A stretch of 64,000 bases of DNA from an uncultured Phycisphaeraceae bacterium (GCA_964496975.1 CAZCBN010000001.1:57678-121677); one strand, 5' to 3'; positions 20,760-30,515 are shown, numbered from the stretch's first letter. Numbers and translations: made by a program. The notes: generated by a model from the letters alone, not told the origin.

Positions 20760-21159
20760 TCATTGGCGCCCCGTCATTCGTTGAATGCGTTCCGCCTCGG
20801 CCGGGTACTGGGCGGCGAGGTCATGGTCACCGGCCAGCTCGAAGTCCGCGACCTCGAATCCCGGCGCCACCGTGCAGCCGATCAGGCAATACGCGACGCC
20901 GGCGGGCAGCAACGTGCCGAACCAGGTGCCCGCCGGGATGACAAGTTGCGGACGCTCGCCCGCGGCCAGGTCCAGGCCCAGCCGCGAGACGACCGTGCGG
21001 CCGTCGGGGAACAGCTGCAGGACCTCCAGCGGCCCGCGCGCCGCCATGCGACGCGGCCGGCACCGTCATCGGGGCGCGGTAGGTCTCGGCGAAGTATCCG
21101 CGCTCCGGATGCGGCGCCAGACGCAGCGCCTCGATCAATTCCCGCACACGTGGGGTCAT
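20760..21159 (-). pseudogene. Cupin_5 (DUF985)-family gene, frameshifted and internally shortened
   Basis: The N-terminal 37 codons from ATG 21159 (MTPRVRELIEALRLAPHPERGYFAETYRAP..) and the C-terminal 95 codons (..PLEVLQLFPDGR..PQLVIPAGTWFGTLL..CLIGCTVAPGFEVADFEL) are in different frames. The junction is near 21045-21070. About 30 residues expected between the two parts are missing. Confidence 0.55.
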
Positions 21160-21195
21160 GGGGTGATTGTCACCCGGCCCCACGTGGATGTGCGC

Positions 21196-21585
21196 CTACT
21201 TCGCGCGCTCGGCGTCGACCGTGACTTCCGCCGTCTGGCCCTGGAAGGAGAGCACCTGGTTGCCCTGCAGGCGGCCCTTGACGAGCTTGAGCGTGAAGCT
21301 CCGCAGCGGCCCGTCGGGCTGCTGCACCTGGAAGGTCACCGACTCACCGTCGACCACGCCCTTCTCCACCGTCCACTGGCGCGCGGGCTCCGGGCCGACC
21401 GTGCCGGTCAGCGTCTTGCCCTTCTGGACGAAGTGGAAGGTGAAGGTAATCGACTGGCTCCGGCCGTCGGGCAGCGACCGGGTGAAGGTCGCGTTCCAGT
21501 CACCGGAGACGTCGGCGGTCTGGGCGGCAACGCCCGCTGGGACCAGGGCCAGGGCGACGAGCAACAGCACACGAAGAGTTTTCAT
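21196..21585 (-). CDS. Hypothetical secreted protein
   Basis: Signal peptide MKTLRVLLLVALALVPAGVAAQ. 129 aa, beta-rich composition. Confidence 0.5.
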   Translation of the reverse strand: MKTLRVLLLVALALVPAGVAAQTADVSGDWNATFTRSLPDGRSQSITFTFHFVQKGKTLTGTVGPEPARQWTVEKGVVDGESVTFQVQQPDGPLRSFTLKLVKGRLQGNQVLSFQGQTAEVTVDAERAK

Positions 21586-21687
21586 GCTCCGTCGAAACGG
21601 CCGTCGCCCACCGTTGGTTCCCACGCCTCCGTCCGATTGCGCCCGTTTCACCGACATCTCACGCGTCGCTCACCGTTCGGTGACGCC

Positions 21688-24417
21688 CTACTCCATCCGT
21701 AACGCCATGGTTGGTTCGACGCGCAGGGCCCGCCGGGTGGGCACGATACACGCCAGCAGGCAGACGCCCAACATCACCACGCCGTAGGCCGCGATGATCG
21801 CCATCTGGCCGGCCGTCAGTGAGCCGGTCAGCCCCGGCATCTCGGTCTCGATGCTGCCGCCCAGCGCCAGCAGACCGTTGCCGATCAAGACGCCCAGGCC
21901 GACCTGCAGGAGGGGGCGCCGGAAGATCGCGGTGACGATTCGGGTCCGGTCCGCGCCGAGCGCCACACGCACGCCGATCTCGCGCGTCCGGCGGGCGACG
22001 ATGAACGACAGGACGGCGTAGATGCCCGACAAGGAGAGCACCAGGGCCACGACCGTCATGACCACCGTGACCCGCAGCCAGAGCCGCAGCACCCACGTGA
22101 TGTCGTCGGTCACCTGGTCCACCCGCTGCACCTCGGACAGGCGCAGCATCGGGTCGATCGCGGTGGCCATCTCGCGCAGGTCCGGCGCAAACGCCAGCGG
22201 GTCCCCGCGCAGATGCGCCAGCAGATACGTCCTCGAGAGGGCGTCGGGCGGTGACGGCAGGTACAGCCCCGCCGCGCGCTCCACTCGGGTCGGCGCTCCC
22301 ATCCCGAGGTCATCGACGACCCCGACGATCTCCATCCAGGGGCCGGGCACGCTGGCGGGATCGCTCCGTCGCGGACCGAATCGCACCTGCTGGCCGACGG
22401 GATTCTGTCCTTCGAGCACCTGGTCGACAAACCCCTGATCGACAATGGCCACCCTCGGCACCGGGGCGAAGTCTGCTGCGGTAAACGCCCGGCCGGCTCG
22501 CACCTGGGTCTGCAGCGCGTCGAAGTACGACGGATCGATGCGGGCCAGGGTGGCGATGCGCATCGGCGCGTCCGCGCCCGCCGCGGCGGCCTGCGCCTGG
22601 CGTTCCGCGTCGCCGGGCAGTTCGATGCGCGCCTCCGGACGCGGGGTGCGCGGCAGCCGATCGACAAACGTGACACTCACCACGCCAGGCTGCGCGGCCA
22701 CACGGCGGCGCAAATCCTCAAGCCGCGCCGCGAACGCGTGGCGGTGCGCGTCCCGCTGCGCGTCATCATCCGCCACCGCCGGGTCGTCCAGCTGCACCTG
22801 CGCCGCGAGGTACTCCTCGGTGGGAAAGCCCGTCTCGAACGTCTCGGTGTGCCGCAGCAGCCACTGCTCCTGATACACGATGCCCGGAAACGCCACCGTG
22901 ACGGCCACCTGCAGGACGATGACCGCGGTCCAGATGCCGCCGAACTGCAATCCGCCGGCGCCGGCCGTGGTCTGTTTGAGGCGCGCGCCCATGCCGCGCG
23001 TCACCTTCATCGCGGGCAAGACGCCGGCAATCGCCGACCCCAGGATCGCCAGGCCCAGCGCAAACAGCACCGTCGCCGGCGACAACGTGACGTCGTACCA
23101 GAACGGCAGGCGGCCGAGATTGGCTTCGAGGAATGGCCGCCCCCACGCCGCGAGCGCCAGGTGGGCGGCGATGAGCCCGACCACCGCGGCGACGCCGCCC
23201 AGCACGAGCGCCTCGGCGAACAACTGCGCGACGATCCGGCGACGGTTGGCGCCCAGCGCCGTGCGCACGGTGAACTCACTCTCGCGCGTCGCGGCCCGCG
23301 CAAACAGCAGCAGGGCGATGTTGCTGCACACCAGCACGAGCAGCAGCACGGCGAAGCCGTAGATCGACGCGAAGATGGGGAACTCATCGTCGCCGGGTCC
23401 GGCGTTGAGCTCCGCGTACGGCGCCACGACCGGCTGCAGTTGCGCGTGGGTCGCCGGCTGTTCCCCGGCGAGCCACCGGCCCACCGTCGCCACTTCCGCC
23501 TGGGCGGTGTCGATCGTCGCTCCGTCCGCCAGCACACCGAACACCGAGATCGCCGGTCCGGACCGCGGCGCATGCGCCTCGGGAATCAGACGAAGCGGCG
23601 TCCACACATCGTGCGCGACGGGAAACTCGAAGCCCTCGCGCATCACCCCCACCACGGTGACGTGGTCCTGCCCCAGTTGGACACGGCGGCCGAGCACGCC
23701 CGGGTCGGCTCCGAAGCGGGTCTGCCACACGTCGTACCCGATGACCGCCACCGCCGGCGCGTCAGGCCGCTGATCGTCCCCGGTCAGGACCCGCCCCATC
23801 AGCGGCGTGCCGTCCGAGACGACAAAGGCGACCGGATCAATCTCGGCGACCTGCACCGGACGCGCCTCCCCCCCGGCGACGATCAGGTTGCGTGACACGT
23901 CCTGCCACGCCCCGACATTGGCCACCGACCTCAGGGTGCGGCGCCACACGCCGAAGTCGAACAGCGCGCGCGGCTCCCCCGTCATCGCCGTCGTGTCCCA
24001 GTTCCGGATCTGCACCAGCCGGTCGCCCTGAGGCAGCGGCACGGTCGGAGACATGACGATCGAGAGCACCTGGAAGATGACCGTGCCGACACAGATGGCA
24101 AACGCCATCGCCAGGCCGCCGACGATGGTCAGTCCCGGGTACTTGATGAGCATGCGGCCGCCCAGCCGCATGTCGAACACCAGCGCGTCGAGGCCGGGCA
24201 GCCCGCGCCGCTCGCGCTGGGCCTGCTGCACGCTGGTCACGCTGCCCATGCGCGCCAAGGCCTGCCGGCGCGCCTCGTCCGGGGACAGGCCGGCGCGGAT
24301 GTTGTCGTCGGTCTGCAGGTCGATGTGACTCTGCAGTTCGTCAGCGAATTCCTGTTCGGCGGCCCCGGGGCGCACGAAGCCCCGCAGTCGCAGCCACCAC
24401 GCGCGCCACACTCTCAT
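21688..24417 (-). CDS. Duplicated FtsX/MacB-type ABC transporter permease (ADOP-type)
   Basis: 909 aa. Characteristic N-terminus MRVWRAWWLRLRGFVRPGAAEQEFADELQSHIDLQTDDNIRAGLSPDEARRQALARMG. Two MacB_PCD + FtsX halves, with REIGVRVALGA in the C-terminal half. Confidence 0.85.
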   Translation of the reverse strand: MRVWRAWWLRLRGFVRPGAAEQEFADELQSHIDLQTDDNIRAGLSPDEARRQALARMGSVTSVQQAQRERRGLPGLDALVFDMRLGGRMLIKYPGLTIVGGLAMAFAICVGTVIFQVLSIVMSPTVPLPQGDRLVQIRNWDTTAMTGEPRALFDFGVWRRTLRSVANVGAWQDVSRNLIVAGGEARPVQVAEIDPVAFVVSDGTPLMGRVLTGDDQRPDAPAVAVIGYDVWQTRFGADPGVLGRRVQLGQDHVTVVGVMREGFEFPVAHDVWTPLRLIPEAHAPRSGPAISVFGVLADGATIDTAQAEVATVGRWLAGEQPATHAQLQPVVAPYAELNAGPGDDEFPIFASIYGFAVLLLVLVCSNIALLLFARAATRESEFTVRTALGANRRRIVAQLFAEALVLGGVAAVVGLIAAHLALAAWGRPFLEANLGRLPFWYDVTLSPATVLFALGLAILGSAIAGVLPAMKVTRGMGARLKQTTAGAGGLQFGGIWTAVIVLQVAVTVAFPGIVYQEQWLLRHTETFETGFPTEEYLAAQVQLDDPAVADDDAQRDAHRHAFAARLEDLRRRVAAQPGVVSVTFVDRLPRTPRPEARIELPGDAERQAQAAAAGADAPMRIATLARIDPSYFDALQTQVRAGRAFTAADFAPVPRVAIVDQGFVDQVLEGQNPVGQQVRFGPRRSDPASVPGPWMEIVGVVDDLGMGAPTRVERAAGLYLPSPPDALSRTYLLAHLRGDPLAFAPDLREMATAIDPMLRLSEVQRVDQVTDDITWVLRLWLRVTVVMTVVALVLSLSGIYAVLSFIVARRTREIGVRVALGADRTRIVTAIFRRPLLQVGLGVLIGNGLLALGGSIETEMPGLTGSLTAGQMAIIAAYGVVMLGVCLLACIVPTRRALRVEPTMALRME

Positions 24418-24426
24418 GCGTCGTCC

Positions 24427-24777
24427 TCACCCCTGCTCTTCGCCCGGCGAGAGGAAGCGCGTCATGAGGGCCGCCGTTTCCTCCCACTGCCGGGTATCCC
24501 GTTCGATCTGCTTCCGCCCGGCTCGCGTGAGCGCGTAGAACTTGGCCTTGCGGTTGTTGTCGGAGACGCCCCACGCCGCGGTGATCAGTCCCTCCTGCTC
24601 GAGCTTGAGCAGCGCCGGATACAACGTGCCGTAATTGATCGACAGCTTCCCGTCACTGATCTGTTCGATGCGCCGGGCGATGCCATACCCGTGCTGCTCG
24701 CCCATCGTCAACAGCGTGCGCAGGATCATCAGCGACAGGGTGCCTTGCCAGACCACATGTTTGTCGGGTGCCGTCAT
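24427..24777 (-). CDS. PadR-family transcriptional regulator
   Basis: GTLSLMILRTLLTMGEQHGYGIARRIEQISDGKLSINYGTLYPALLKLEQEGLI. Ends 9 nt before the permease gene. ATG 24777 was chosen as the start, with an alternative at ATG 24825. Confidence 0.85.
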   Translation of the reverse strand: MTAPDKHVVWQGTLSLMILRTLLTMGEQHGYGIARRIEQISDGKLSINYGTLYPALLKLEQEGLITAAWGVSDNNRKAKFYALTRAGRKQIERDTRQWEETAALMTRFLSPGEEQG

Positions 24778-24799
24778 ACCTATGGCTTTCCCATACGAA
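24777..24799. promoter_or_regulatory. 9-N5-9 imperfect inverted repeat overlapping the PadR start codon (putative operator)
   Basis: TACCTATGG-ctttc-CCATACGAA, with 7 of 9 positions complementary. It has the same geometry and position as the perfect repeat at the second PadR gene (36725-36747). Confidence 0.35.
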
Positions 24800-25018
24800 T
24801 ACTCCCTGGAGGTGGTTCCCGCCATTTTTCGTCGTGGGGCGCGGCGCCGATCCTGAGTCACTGGTGCGCCCTGCCGCGCGACTGAGTTCCTTCAGTGCCT
24901 GCGCCCCGCGCACCGCCCCGATGCCACTGACAGAATCGTGCGCCCGTACACAGTTGACGTCGTTGACGACGTGTCAGTCCCGGCGGTAGATTCACGGTCC
25001 CGCTCCCCGGGGAGACGG

Positions 25019-25969
25019 ATGATGATCAGGACTCGGATGACCGCGACGCTCGTTCTGATGCTGGTGGCCGCGCCCTCCACGGTCGCCGCGCAAGGCCGCA
25101 GCGCCGCCACGCAGAACCAGACGCAGCAAGGCACGCCCTTCCAGCAGATGCAGACGCAGCTGGCCGCGCTCGAGGCGCAGGTGCTGGCGATGCGCCAGCA
25201 GATCGAGGCGTTACAGGCGCAGATCAGCCAGGTGGAGACCTCACTGCAGGCGCAACTCACGACGATCAACGCGACCTTGTCGACCCTGCAGGCACAGATT
25301 GCCGAGCAGGCCGAGACCACGGCGTCGCTGGCCGCCCGCATCGCGGCCAACGAATCGGCGATGGCCGCGCTGACCAGCGCGGTCAGCGCGCTGAGCGACC
25401 AGCTCGCCGCCACCGAGGCGTTGATCGCCGCCAACGCGGGCGACCTGGCGGCGCTCCGGAGTCACGCCACCAGTCTGCAGGCACTCATCGACGCGCACAC
25501 CTCGCAGATCACCGTCCTGCAGCAGCAGACGGCCGGCCTCGCGGCGTTCCAGGCCAACCTGGCGAACGGCGCGTGTGTCACCGGCGCGGCCATCCAGGAC
25601 ATCGCGTCCAGTGGCTTTGTCGTGTGTACGCAGACCGGCGGCGGCGCGTTGCAGACCGTGACGCGGACGGTCGGCACCACGCTGTTCACGGGCACCAACT
25701 TCCTGACGGTGGGCTGCCCCGCTGGGTACGTCGCCACCGGGTCAGGCTTCAGCGTCCCGGCCATCGTCGAGGCCCATCACTACGTGGCGAGCCTCAATCC
25801 CCTCACGCTGACGGTCACCAACGGCGTCCGGAACGTGGTGCCGATCACGGTGTCGCAGAGCACGACAGGCGCGACCACCGCCACGGTGCAGGTGCAGTAC
25901 CACCCGCAGAGCTTCTACGGCGGCTACTTCTTCCAGGCCCAGGTCACGTGCGCGCGGTCGCTGCCCTGA
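25019..25969 (+). CDS. Secreted coiled-coil protein with Cys-containing beta-rich C-terminal domain (hypothetical)
   Basis: Signal MMIRTRMTATLVLMLVAAPSTVAAQ. About 170 aa of Q/A/L heptad-like sequence (LAALEAQVLAMRQQIEALQAQISQVETSLQAQL...) followed by about 130 aa with 4 Cys. Confidence 0.55.
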   Translation: MMIRTRMTATLVLMLVAAPSTVAAQGRSAATQNQTQQGTPFQQMQTQLAALEAQVLAMRQQIEALQAQISQVETSLQAQLTTINATLSTLQAQIAEQAETTASLAARIAANESAMAALTSAVSALSDQLAATEALIAANAGDLAALRSHATSLQALIDAHTSQITVLQQQTAGLAAFQANLANGACVTGAAIQDIASSGFVVCTQTGGGALQTVTRTVGTTLFTGTNFLTVGCPAGYVATGSGFSVPAIVEAHHYVASLNPLTLTVTNGVRNVVPITVSQSTTGATTATVQVQYHPQSFYGGYFFQAQVTCARSLP

Positions 25970-25994
25970 TCGGGCCGCCGGACCGGGGTCGCGG

Positions 25995-26807
25995 CTACGG
26001 TGTCGCCGGCGCCGTCCACTGCAGCATCGCCACGACGCGCCAGGTGCCGTCCAGCCGGGCGAGGTGGAGATGGGCGGTGGTCTGGCCCAGCTGGAATCGC
26101 GCGGCAGCGATGTCGTGGTCGATGCCTTCGACCACGATCTGCGCCTGGGCCGCATCCCCCGGCACCGTGCCGAATCCACGCGCCAGACCGGCGACGAAGC
26201 GCTCGGCATTCTGATCCATCAGGACCCGGGGCCGCCCTTGCCGGCCCGGCGCGAGGACGCGCAGATGCGCCAGCGGGTGCAGAACGGCGCCGGCGTCGGC
26301 CCCGGTGGCCCCGGTCATCAGTGTCGCAAACGCGCGCACGGCGCGCGACACGGCCTCGGTGTGGTCCTCCGACGCGCCTGTGGGCGGCGCGTGCCAGAGC
26401 ACACTGACGATCTGCCACGCGCCCTGGCGTTTCGCGAGCAGGACGTAGTCGTTGAAGCGTGCCGAGAAAACGCGGCCGGAGGCCGTCTCGGGACCGGCCA
26501 TCAGCACCTCGGCCGTCAACCGGCGGTCGGCCGGAGCGAGCTTGGCGCCATGGGCCGCATCGACCAGGGTCTCGGCGTTCATCTCGGCCAGCAACGCACT
26601 GGCGCCCGGGCGCGGCATGACCTGGCGTTTGGACAACGCCGGCGACACGGCCCGTGCGACACGGTCCGGTTCACCGCCATAAAATCCGTCGGCGTAATCA
26701 TGCAGCGCCTGCAGGATCGCGGTCCGATCGTCGACGGGCGCGGCTCCCGGCGACACCGCGGACACACACAGGCACAGCGGAAGGAGGACGGCGAGTCTGT
26801 GGGACAT
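25995..26807 (-). CDS. Secreted protein with two NTF2/SnoaL-like (putative lumazine-binding-type) repeats
   Basis: Signal MSHRLAVLLPLCLCVSAVSPGAA. Two similar halves, each ending in ..W.IV..LW or ..WRVVAMLQW. The first half starts ILQALHDYADGFYGGEPDRVA. Confidence 0.45.
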   Translation of the reverse strand: MSHRLAVLLPLCLCVSAVSPGAAPVDDRTAILQALHDYADGFYGGEPDRVARAVSPALSKRQVMPRPGASALLAEMNAETLVDAAHGAKLAPADRRLTAEVLMAGPETASGRVFSARFNDYVLLAKRQGAWQIVSVLWHAPPTGASEDHTEAVSRAVRAFATLMTGATGADAGAVLHPLAHLRVLAPGRQGRPRVLMDQNAERFVAGLARGFGTVPGDAAQAQIVVEGIDHDIAAARFQLGQTTAHLHLARLDGTWRVVAMLQWTAPATP

Positions 26808-26824
26808 GGCCCGGGACTATACCA

Positions 26825-27160
26825 CTAATTCGTCACTTGGCTAATTACCAATATAAGAAGGCACACGTCCCGCAACAGCCGCCGCAGTTCGGCGATGCGT
26901 TTTTCGTCCCGCCGGTAAAACGTCCATTGTTTGATGCGGGTCGTCTTGAGGAAGCCCGCCTGGGTCAACACCCGCAGGTGTTCACTGGCGGTCGGCTGAC
27001 TGACGCCCAGTTTGTCGGCGATGAACAACCCGCACACGCCATCTTTCACCAGGTCACCGTACACCTGGGGCGGGAAGTGGGCCCGGGGATCCTTCAGCCA
27101 GGCCAACACCTGAAGCCGACGATCGTTGGCCAGCGCCTTGAGCAGGAGTGCCGCGTGCAT
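26825..27160 (-). CDS. ArsR/SmtB-family transcriptional regulator
   Basis: LKALANDRRLQVLAWL..ADKLGVSQPTASEHLRVLTQAGFLKTTRIKQWTFYR. Confidence 0.8.
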   Translation of the reverse strand: MHAALLLKALANDRRLQVLAWLKDPRAHFPPQVYGDLVKDGVCGLFIADKLGVSQPTASEHLRVLTQAGFLKTTRIKQWTFYRRDEKRIAELRRLLRDVCLLILVISQVTN

Positions 27161-27261
27161 CGTGGTTACGGTGCCACGGCGGCCGCCGTCGTGGCAACCA
27201 GGGGCTTCGAGACGACGGCGGACACGGTTCGCTGTCTCGCAGGATTAGAATCGTTGCCCTG

Positions 27262-28368
27262 ATGCCCGACGAGCACCGGAACCGCCGCCTCCTGCTGGAG
27301 ACGTCGCTCATCTTCGCGGCCTGGGCGATCTTCGGACTGCTCCTCGCCCACCAGAGCTACATCCAGGCGTCGATGGGCGGACGGCAGATGCCCATGTACG
27401 TGGCGCTGCGCCCCGCCATGTTGGAAGCGGCGTTGTGGGCCCTCACCACCCTGGTCATTTTCTGGCTGGCCCGGCGCTTCCCCCTCGATCGCGGACGCGT
27501 GCTCACCGGCCTCGCGGTGCACCTGGCGGCCGCCGTCGGCATTGCGCTCGCGCGCAGCGGCGTCATGGTCGTACTGAGCTGGTACCTGCCGTGGGTGCGT
27601 CCGCGAACGTTCAGCCTGCAGTTCTGGAGCACATCCAGCCAGAACGTCCTCTTCTACGCGCTCCTGCTCGGCATCGGACACCTGCTGCTCTACTACCGCC
27701 GCTATCGCGAGCGCGAACGGGCGGCCGAACAACTGGAGAAGGGGTTGACCGAGGCCCGGCTGCAGGCGCTCAAGATGCAGCTGCAACCCCACTTCCTCTT
27801 CAACACGCTCAACGCGATCTCGGCGCTCATCCCCGCCGACGCGCAGCCCGCCAGGCGCATGGTGGCCCGGCTCGGCGACCTGCTGCGCGCCACCCTCGAG
27901 CACGAGGCCACCCAGGAAGTGACGCTGCGCGAGGAAATGGCGTTTCTCGAGCCCTACCTCGAAATCGAACAAGCGCGCCTGGAAGATCGGCTGACAGTGG
28001 TCATCGACGTCGCCCCCGACACGCTGGACGCCCGAGTGCCCCATCTGCTGCTGCAGCCGCTGGTCGAGAACGCCATTCGTCATGGCATCGCCTCACGCAT
28101 CGAACCGGGCCGGGTCGTGATCTCCGCGTCCCGCGGTGCGGACGAGGTGCTGCTGCTCGAGATCCGCGACGATGGCCGCGGCCTGGATCGCGATCATGGC
28201 GCCAGAGCGCGCCGGGGCGTCGGACTCACGAACATCCGGGCCCGGCTCGAGCAGCTGTACGGCCCCGGACACCGGTTCACGCTTGAAAACCACGCCGAGG
28301 GCGGCCTGCTCGTCCGCATCCGCCTCCCCTACCGCCGAGCCGTGACGGGTGGAGAGGCCGGCCGATGA
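27262..28368 (+). CDS. LytS/YehU-type sensor histidine kinase
   Basis: Multi-TM N-terminus. His_kinase box LQALKMQLQPHFLFNTLNAISALI, and ATPase LLLQPLVENAIRHGI..GVGLTNIRARLEQLYG. Confidence 0.85.
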   Translation: MPDEHRNRRLLLETSLIFAAWAIFGLLLAHQSYIQASMGGRQMPMYVALRPAMLEAALWALTTLVIFWLARRFPLDRGRVLTGLAVHLAAAVGIALARSGVMVVLSWYLPWVRPRTFSLQFWSTSSQNVLFYALLLGIGHLLLYYRRYRERERAAEQLEKGLTEARLQALKMQLQPHFLFNTLNAISALIPADAQPARRMVARLGDLLRATLEHEATQEVTLREEMAFLEPYLEIEQARLEDRLTVVIDVAPDTLDARVPHLLLQPLVENAIRHGIASRIEPGRVVISASRGADEVLLLEIRDDGRGLDRDHGARARRGVGLTNIRARLEQLYGPGHRFTLENHAEGGLLVRIRLPYRRAVTGGEAGR

Positions 28369-29132
28369 CGATTCGCACTGCGATTGTCGACGACGAGCCG
28401 CTGGCGCGGCGGCGCATCCGCCACCTGCTCGCCGACCAGGCCGACGTCGACGTCATCGCCGAATGCACCAACGGCAAGGAGGCCATCGAGTCGCTCGACG
28501 CGGCCCCGCCGGACCTGCTGTTCCTGGACATTCAGATGCCGGAGGTCGATGGCTTCGACGTGTTGCAGGCGATCGGCGCCGGCCGGGTCCCGGCCGTGAT
28601 CTTCGTGACGGCGTTCGACCAGTTCGCCCTGCGCGCCTTCGAGGCGCAGGCGCTGGACTACCTGCTCAAACCGTTCGACGATGAGCGCTTCGGCGCCGCG
28701 CTGCAGCGCGCACGCGAGCGGATTCGCCAGCAGCAGCGCGGCGATCTGGACCATCGTCTGCAGGCGCTCCTCGACACGGTGCGTGGCGAGCGCGGGTACC
28801 TGCGGCGGCTGGTGGTGCCGTCGGGGCACCGCAGCCTCTTCGTCCGCACCGAACACATCGACTGGATCGAGGCCGAGCGCAATTACGTCCGCCTTCACGT
28901 GGGGGGCAAGACCTACCTGCTGCGTGAGAACCTGACCCACATCGCGTCCTCGCTGGATCCGGCCATGTTCTGCCGGATCCACCGCTCCACGATCGTGAAC
29001 ATCGACCGGATCCAGAGCGTCGAGACCCTCTTCCACGGGGAGTACGTCGTGGTGCTGCACGACGGCACCAAGCTGACCTCGGGCCGCAGCTACCGGCGTC
29101 AGCTCCATGCCCTCATGGGCAAGGCCGACTGA
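28365..29132 (+). CDS. LytR/AlgR-family response regulator (receiver + LytTR)
   Basis: The start overlaps the kinase stop (ATGA). Receiver IVDDEPLARRRI..LLFLDIQMPEVDGF and LytTR domain IDWIEAERNYVRLHVGGKTYLLRENL..FCRIHRSTIVNIDRI. Confidence 0.9.
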   Translation: MTIRTAIVDDEPLARRRIRHLLADQADVDVIAECTNGKEAIESLDAAPPDLLFLDIQMPEVDGFDVLQAIGAGRVPAVIFVTAFDQFALRAFEAQALDYLLKPFDDERFGAALQRARERIRQQQRGDLDHRLQALLDTVRGERGYLRRLVVPSGHRSLFVRTEHIDWIEAERNYVRLHVGGKTYLLRENLTHIASSLDPAMFCRIHRSTIVNIDRIQSVETLFHGEYVVVLHDGTKLTSGRSYRRQLHALMGKAD

Positions 29133-29234
29133 GCCGCGACGTTCGTACCGCGCCGGCGTCGTTCGTACGCGGGATCGGGCGGTTGAGGCCAAACTCGTTG
29201 GGCCGGGTCCAGGCCGACCGGTACGGTCAGTTCC

Positions 29235-30515
29235 ATGATCAACCGCCGCGATTTCCTTGGAACCCTGGGCGCCGGCGCGGCCCTCGCACTGACACCCGAC
29301 CTGCTCCGCGCGTTCGAGCAGGCGAACACGCTGCTGCAGCGGGCGCACCCGTCATCGGGCGAACGGTTCCCCGTCGTCAGCCTTGGGGCGCGCCCCACCG
29401 ATGATGCCGCCATGAGGGCGGTCCTGCGGACACTGCTCGATACCCGCGGCCGGGTCGTGGACGTGCTGCACGGCGGGCCCGCGGGGGAAGACGGCGCGCG
29501 GAGCGCGGCCGCCGGGCTCGGCATCCAGGATCAGTTCTTCTGGACGACGCCGGTGACCGCCACGCAACCGCCCCAGCCGGGGCAACGCGGCGGGCCGGCA
29601 CCGCTTGACGCCGCCGCCGTCAAGGCCCAGGTCGAGGAGAAGCTGGCACGATTCAAGGTGTCCCGGATCGACCTCGTGATGGCGCCGGCCAACGCCGACC
29701 CGGCGCACCTGGCGGCCCTCAGGGACCTGAAGAAAGAGGGCCGCATCCGGTACGTCGGTGTGCACTGGCTCCTCTTCCCGCCGAATGCCCCCGCGCCCGA
29801 GCCGCCGACGGCCCGGCTGGAAGCCGTCATGCGCAGCCAGGAGATCGACTTCATCGGCACGGACTACTCGGTGGGCGATCGCCGCCTCGAGGACCTGATC
29901 CTGCCGCTCGCCCTGGAGCGGAAGATCGGCGTGCTGGCGTACTTTCCGTTCGACCGCGGCCGCCTCTTCCAGCGCGCCGGCCAGACACCGCTGCCGGCGT
30001 GGGCGGCGGAATTTGGCGCGACGACCTGGGCGCAGTTCTTCCTGAAGTACGTCATCAGCCATCCGGCCGTCGTCATGGCGCGGACGGGCACGACCAAGGC
30101 CGCGCACCTGCTCGAGAACCTCAACGCCGGGATGGGCCGTCTGCCCGACGAGGCGATGCGGAAACGGATGGCTCAGCTCGTGGACGGGCTGCCACCGACA
30201 CCGCCGCCCGGGCCGCCGAAGCCGCCGCCTGGGCCAACCGTCACGTTGTCGGCGGCCGTCCTGGATCGCTACGTCGGTCAGTACAGCTCGGCGTCCGGAT
30301 TCACCGCGACCTTCCGCCGCGAGGGCGACCGGTTGATCGTAAAGCCGGGCAACAATCCGGAGGCTCCGCTCACCGCGCGCTCGGAGACCGTCTTCCAGGA
30401 TCCGCGCGGGCCGTTCTTCGAATTCCAGGTGGACGCCCAGGGCGTCGTCACCGGTGCGGTGCTGGAGCAGCAGACGGCGCAGGGGCCGCAACGAATCCCG
30501 CTGGTGCGGAAATGA
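29235..30515 (+). CDS. Tat-signal aldo/keto-reductase-like protein with C-terminal ~90-aa beta domain (DUF3471-like)
   Basis: MINRRDFLGTLGAGAALALTP (twin-arginine motif). AKR-like GRIRYVGV, ILPLALERKIGVLAYFPF, TWAQFFLKYVISHPAVV..TGTTKAAHLLENL. Pro-rich linker, then LDRYVGQYSS..FRREGDRLIV. Confidence 0.75.
   Translation: MINRRDFLGTLGAGAALALTPDLLRAFEQANTLLQRAHPSSGERFPVVSLGARPTDDAAMRAVLRTLLDTRGRVVDVLHGGPAGEDGARSAAAGLGIQDQFFWTTPVTATQPPQPGQRGGPAPLDAAAVKAQVEEKLARFKVSRIDLVMAPANADPAHLAALRDLKKEGRIRYVGVHWLLFPPNAPAPEPPTARLEAVMRSQEIDFIGTDYSVGDRRLEDLILPLALERKIGVLAYFPFDRGRLFQRAGQTPLPAWAAEFGATTWAQFFLKYVISHPAVVMARTGTTKAAHLLENLNAGMGRLPDEAMRKRMAQLVDGLPPTPPPGPPKPPPGPTVTLSAAVLDRYVGQYSSASGFTATFRREGDRLIVKPGNNPEAPLTARSETVFQDPRGPFFEFQVDAQGVVTGAVLEQQTAQGPQRIPLVRK

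Noticed and set aside
27161-27261. GC-rich partial dyads (CCACGGCGGCCGCCGTCGTGG) upstream of the ArsR gene as an operator
   Set aside because: The arms do not pair in register, and such GC-rich pseudo-palindromes are frequent at this base composition.
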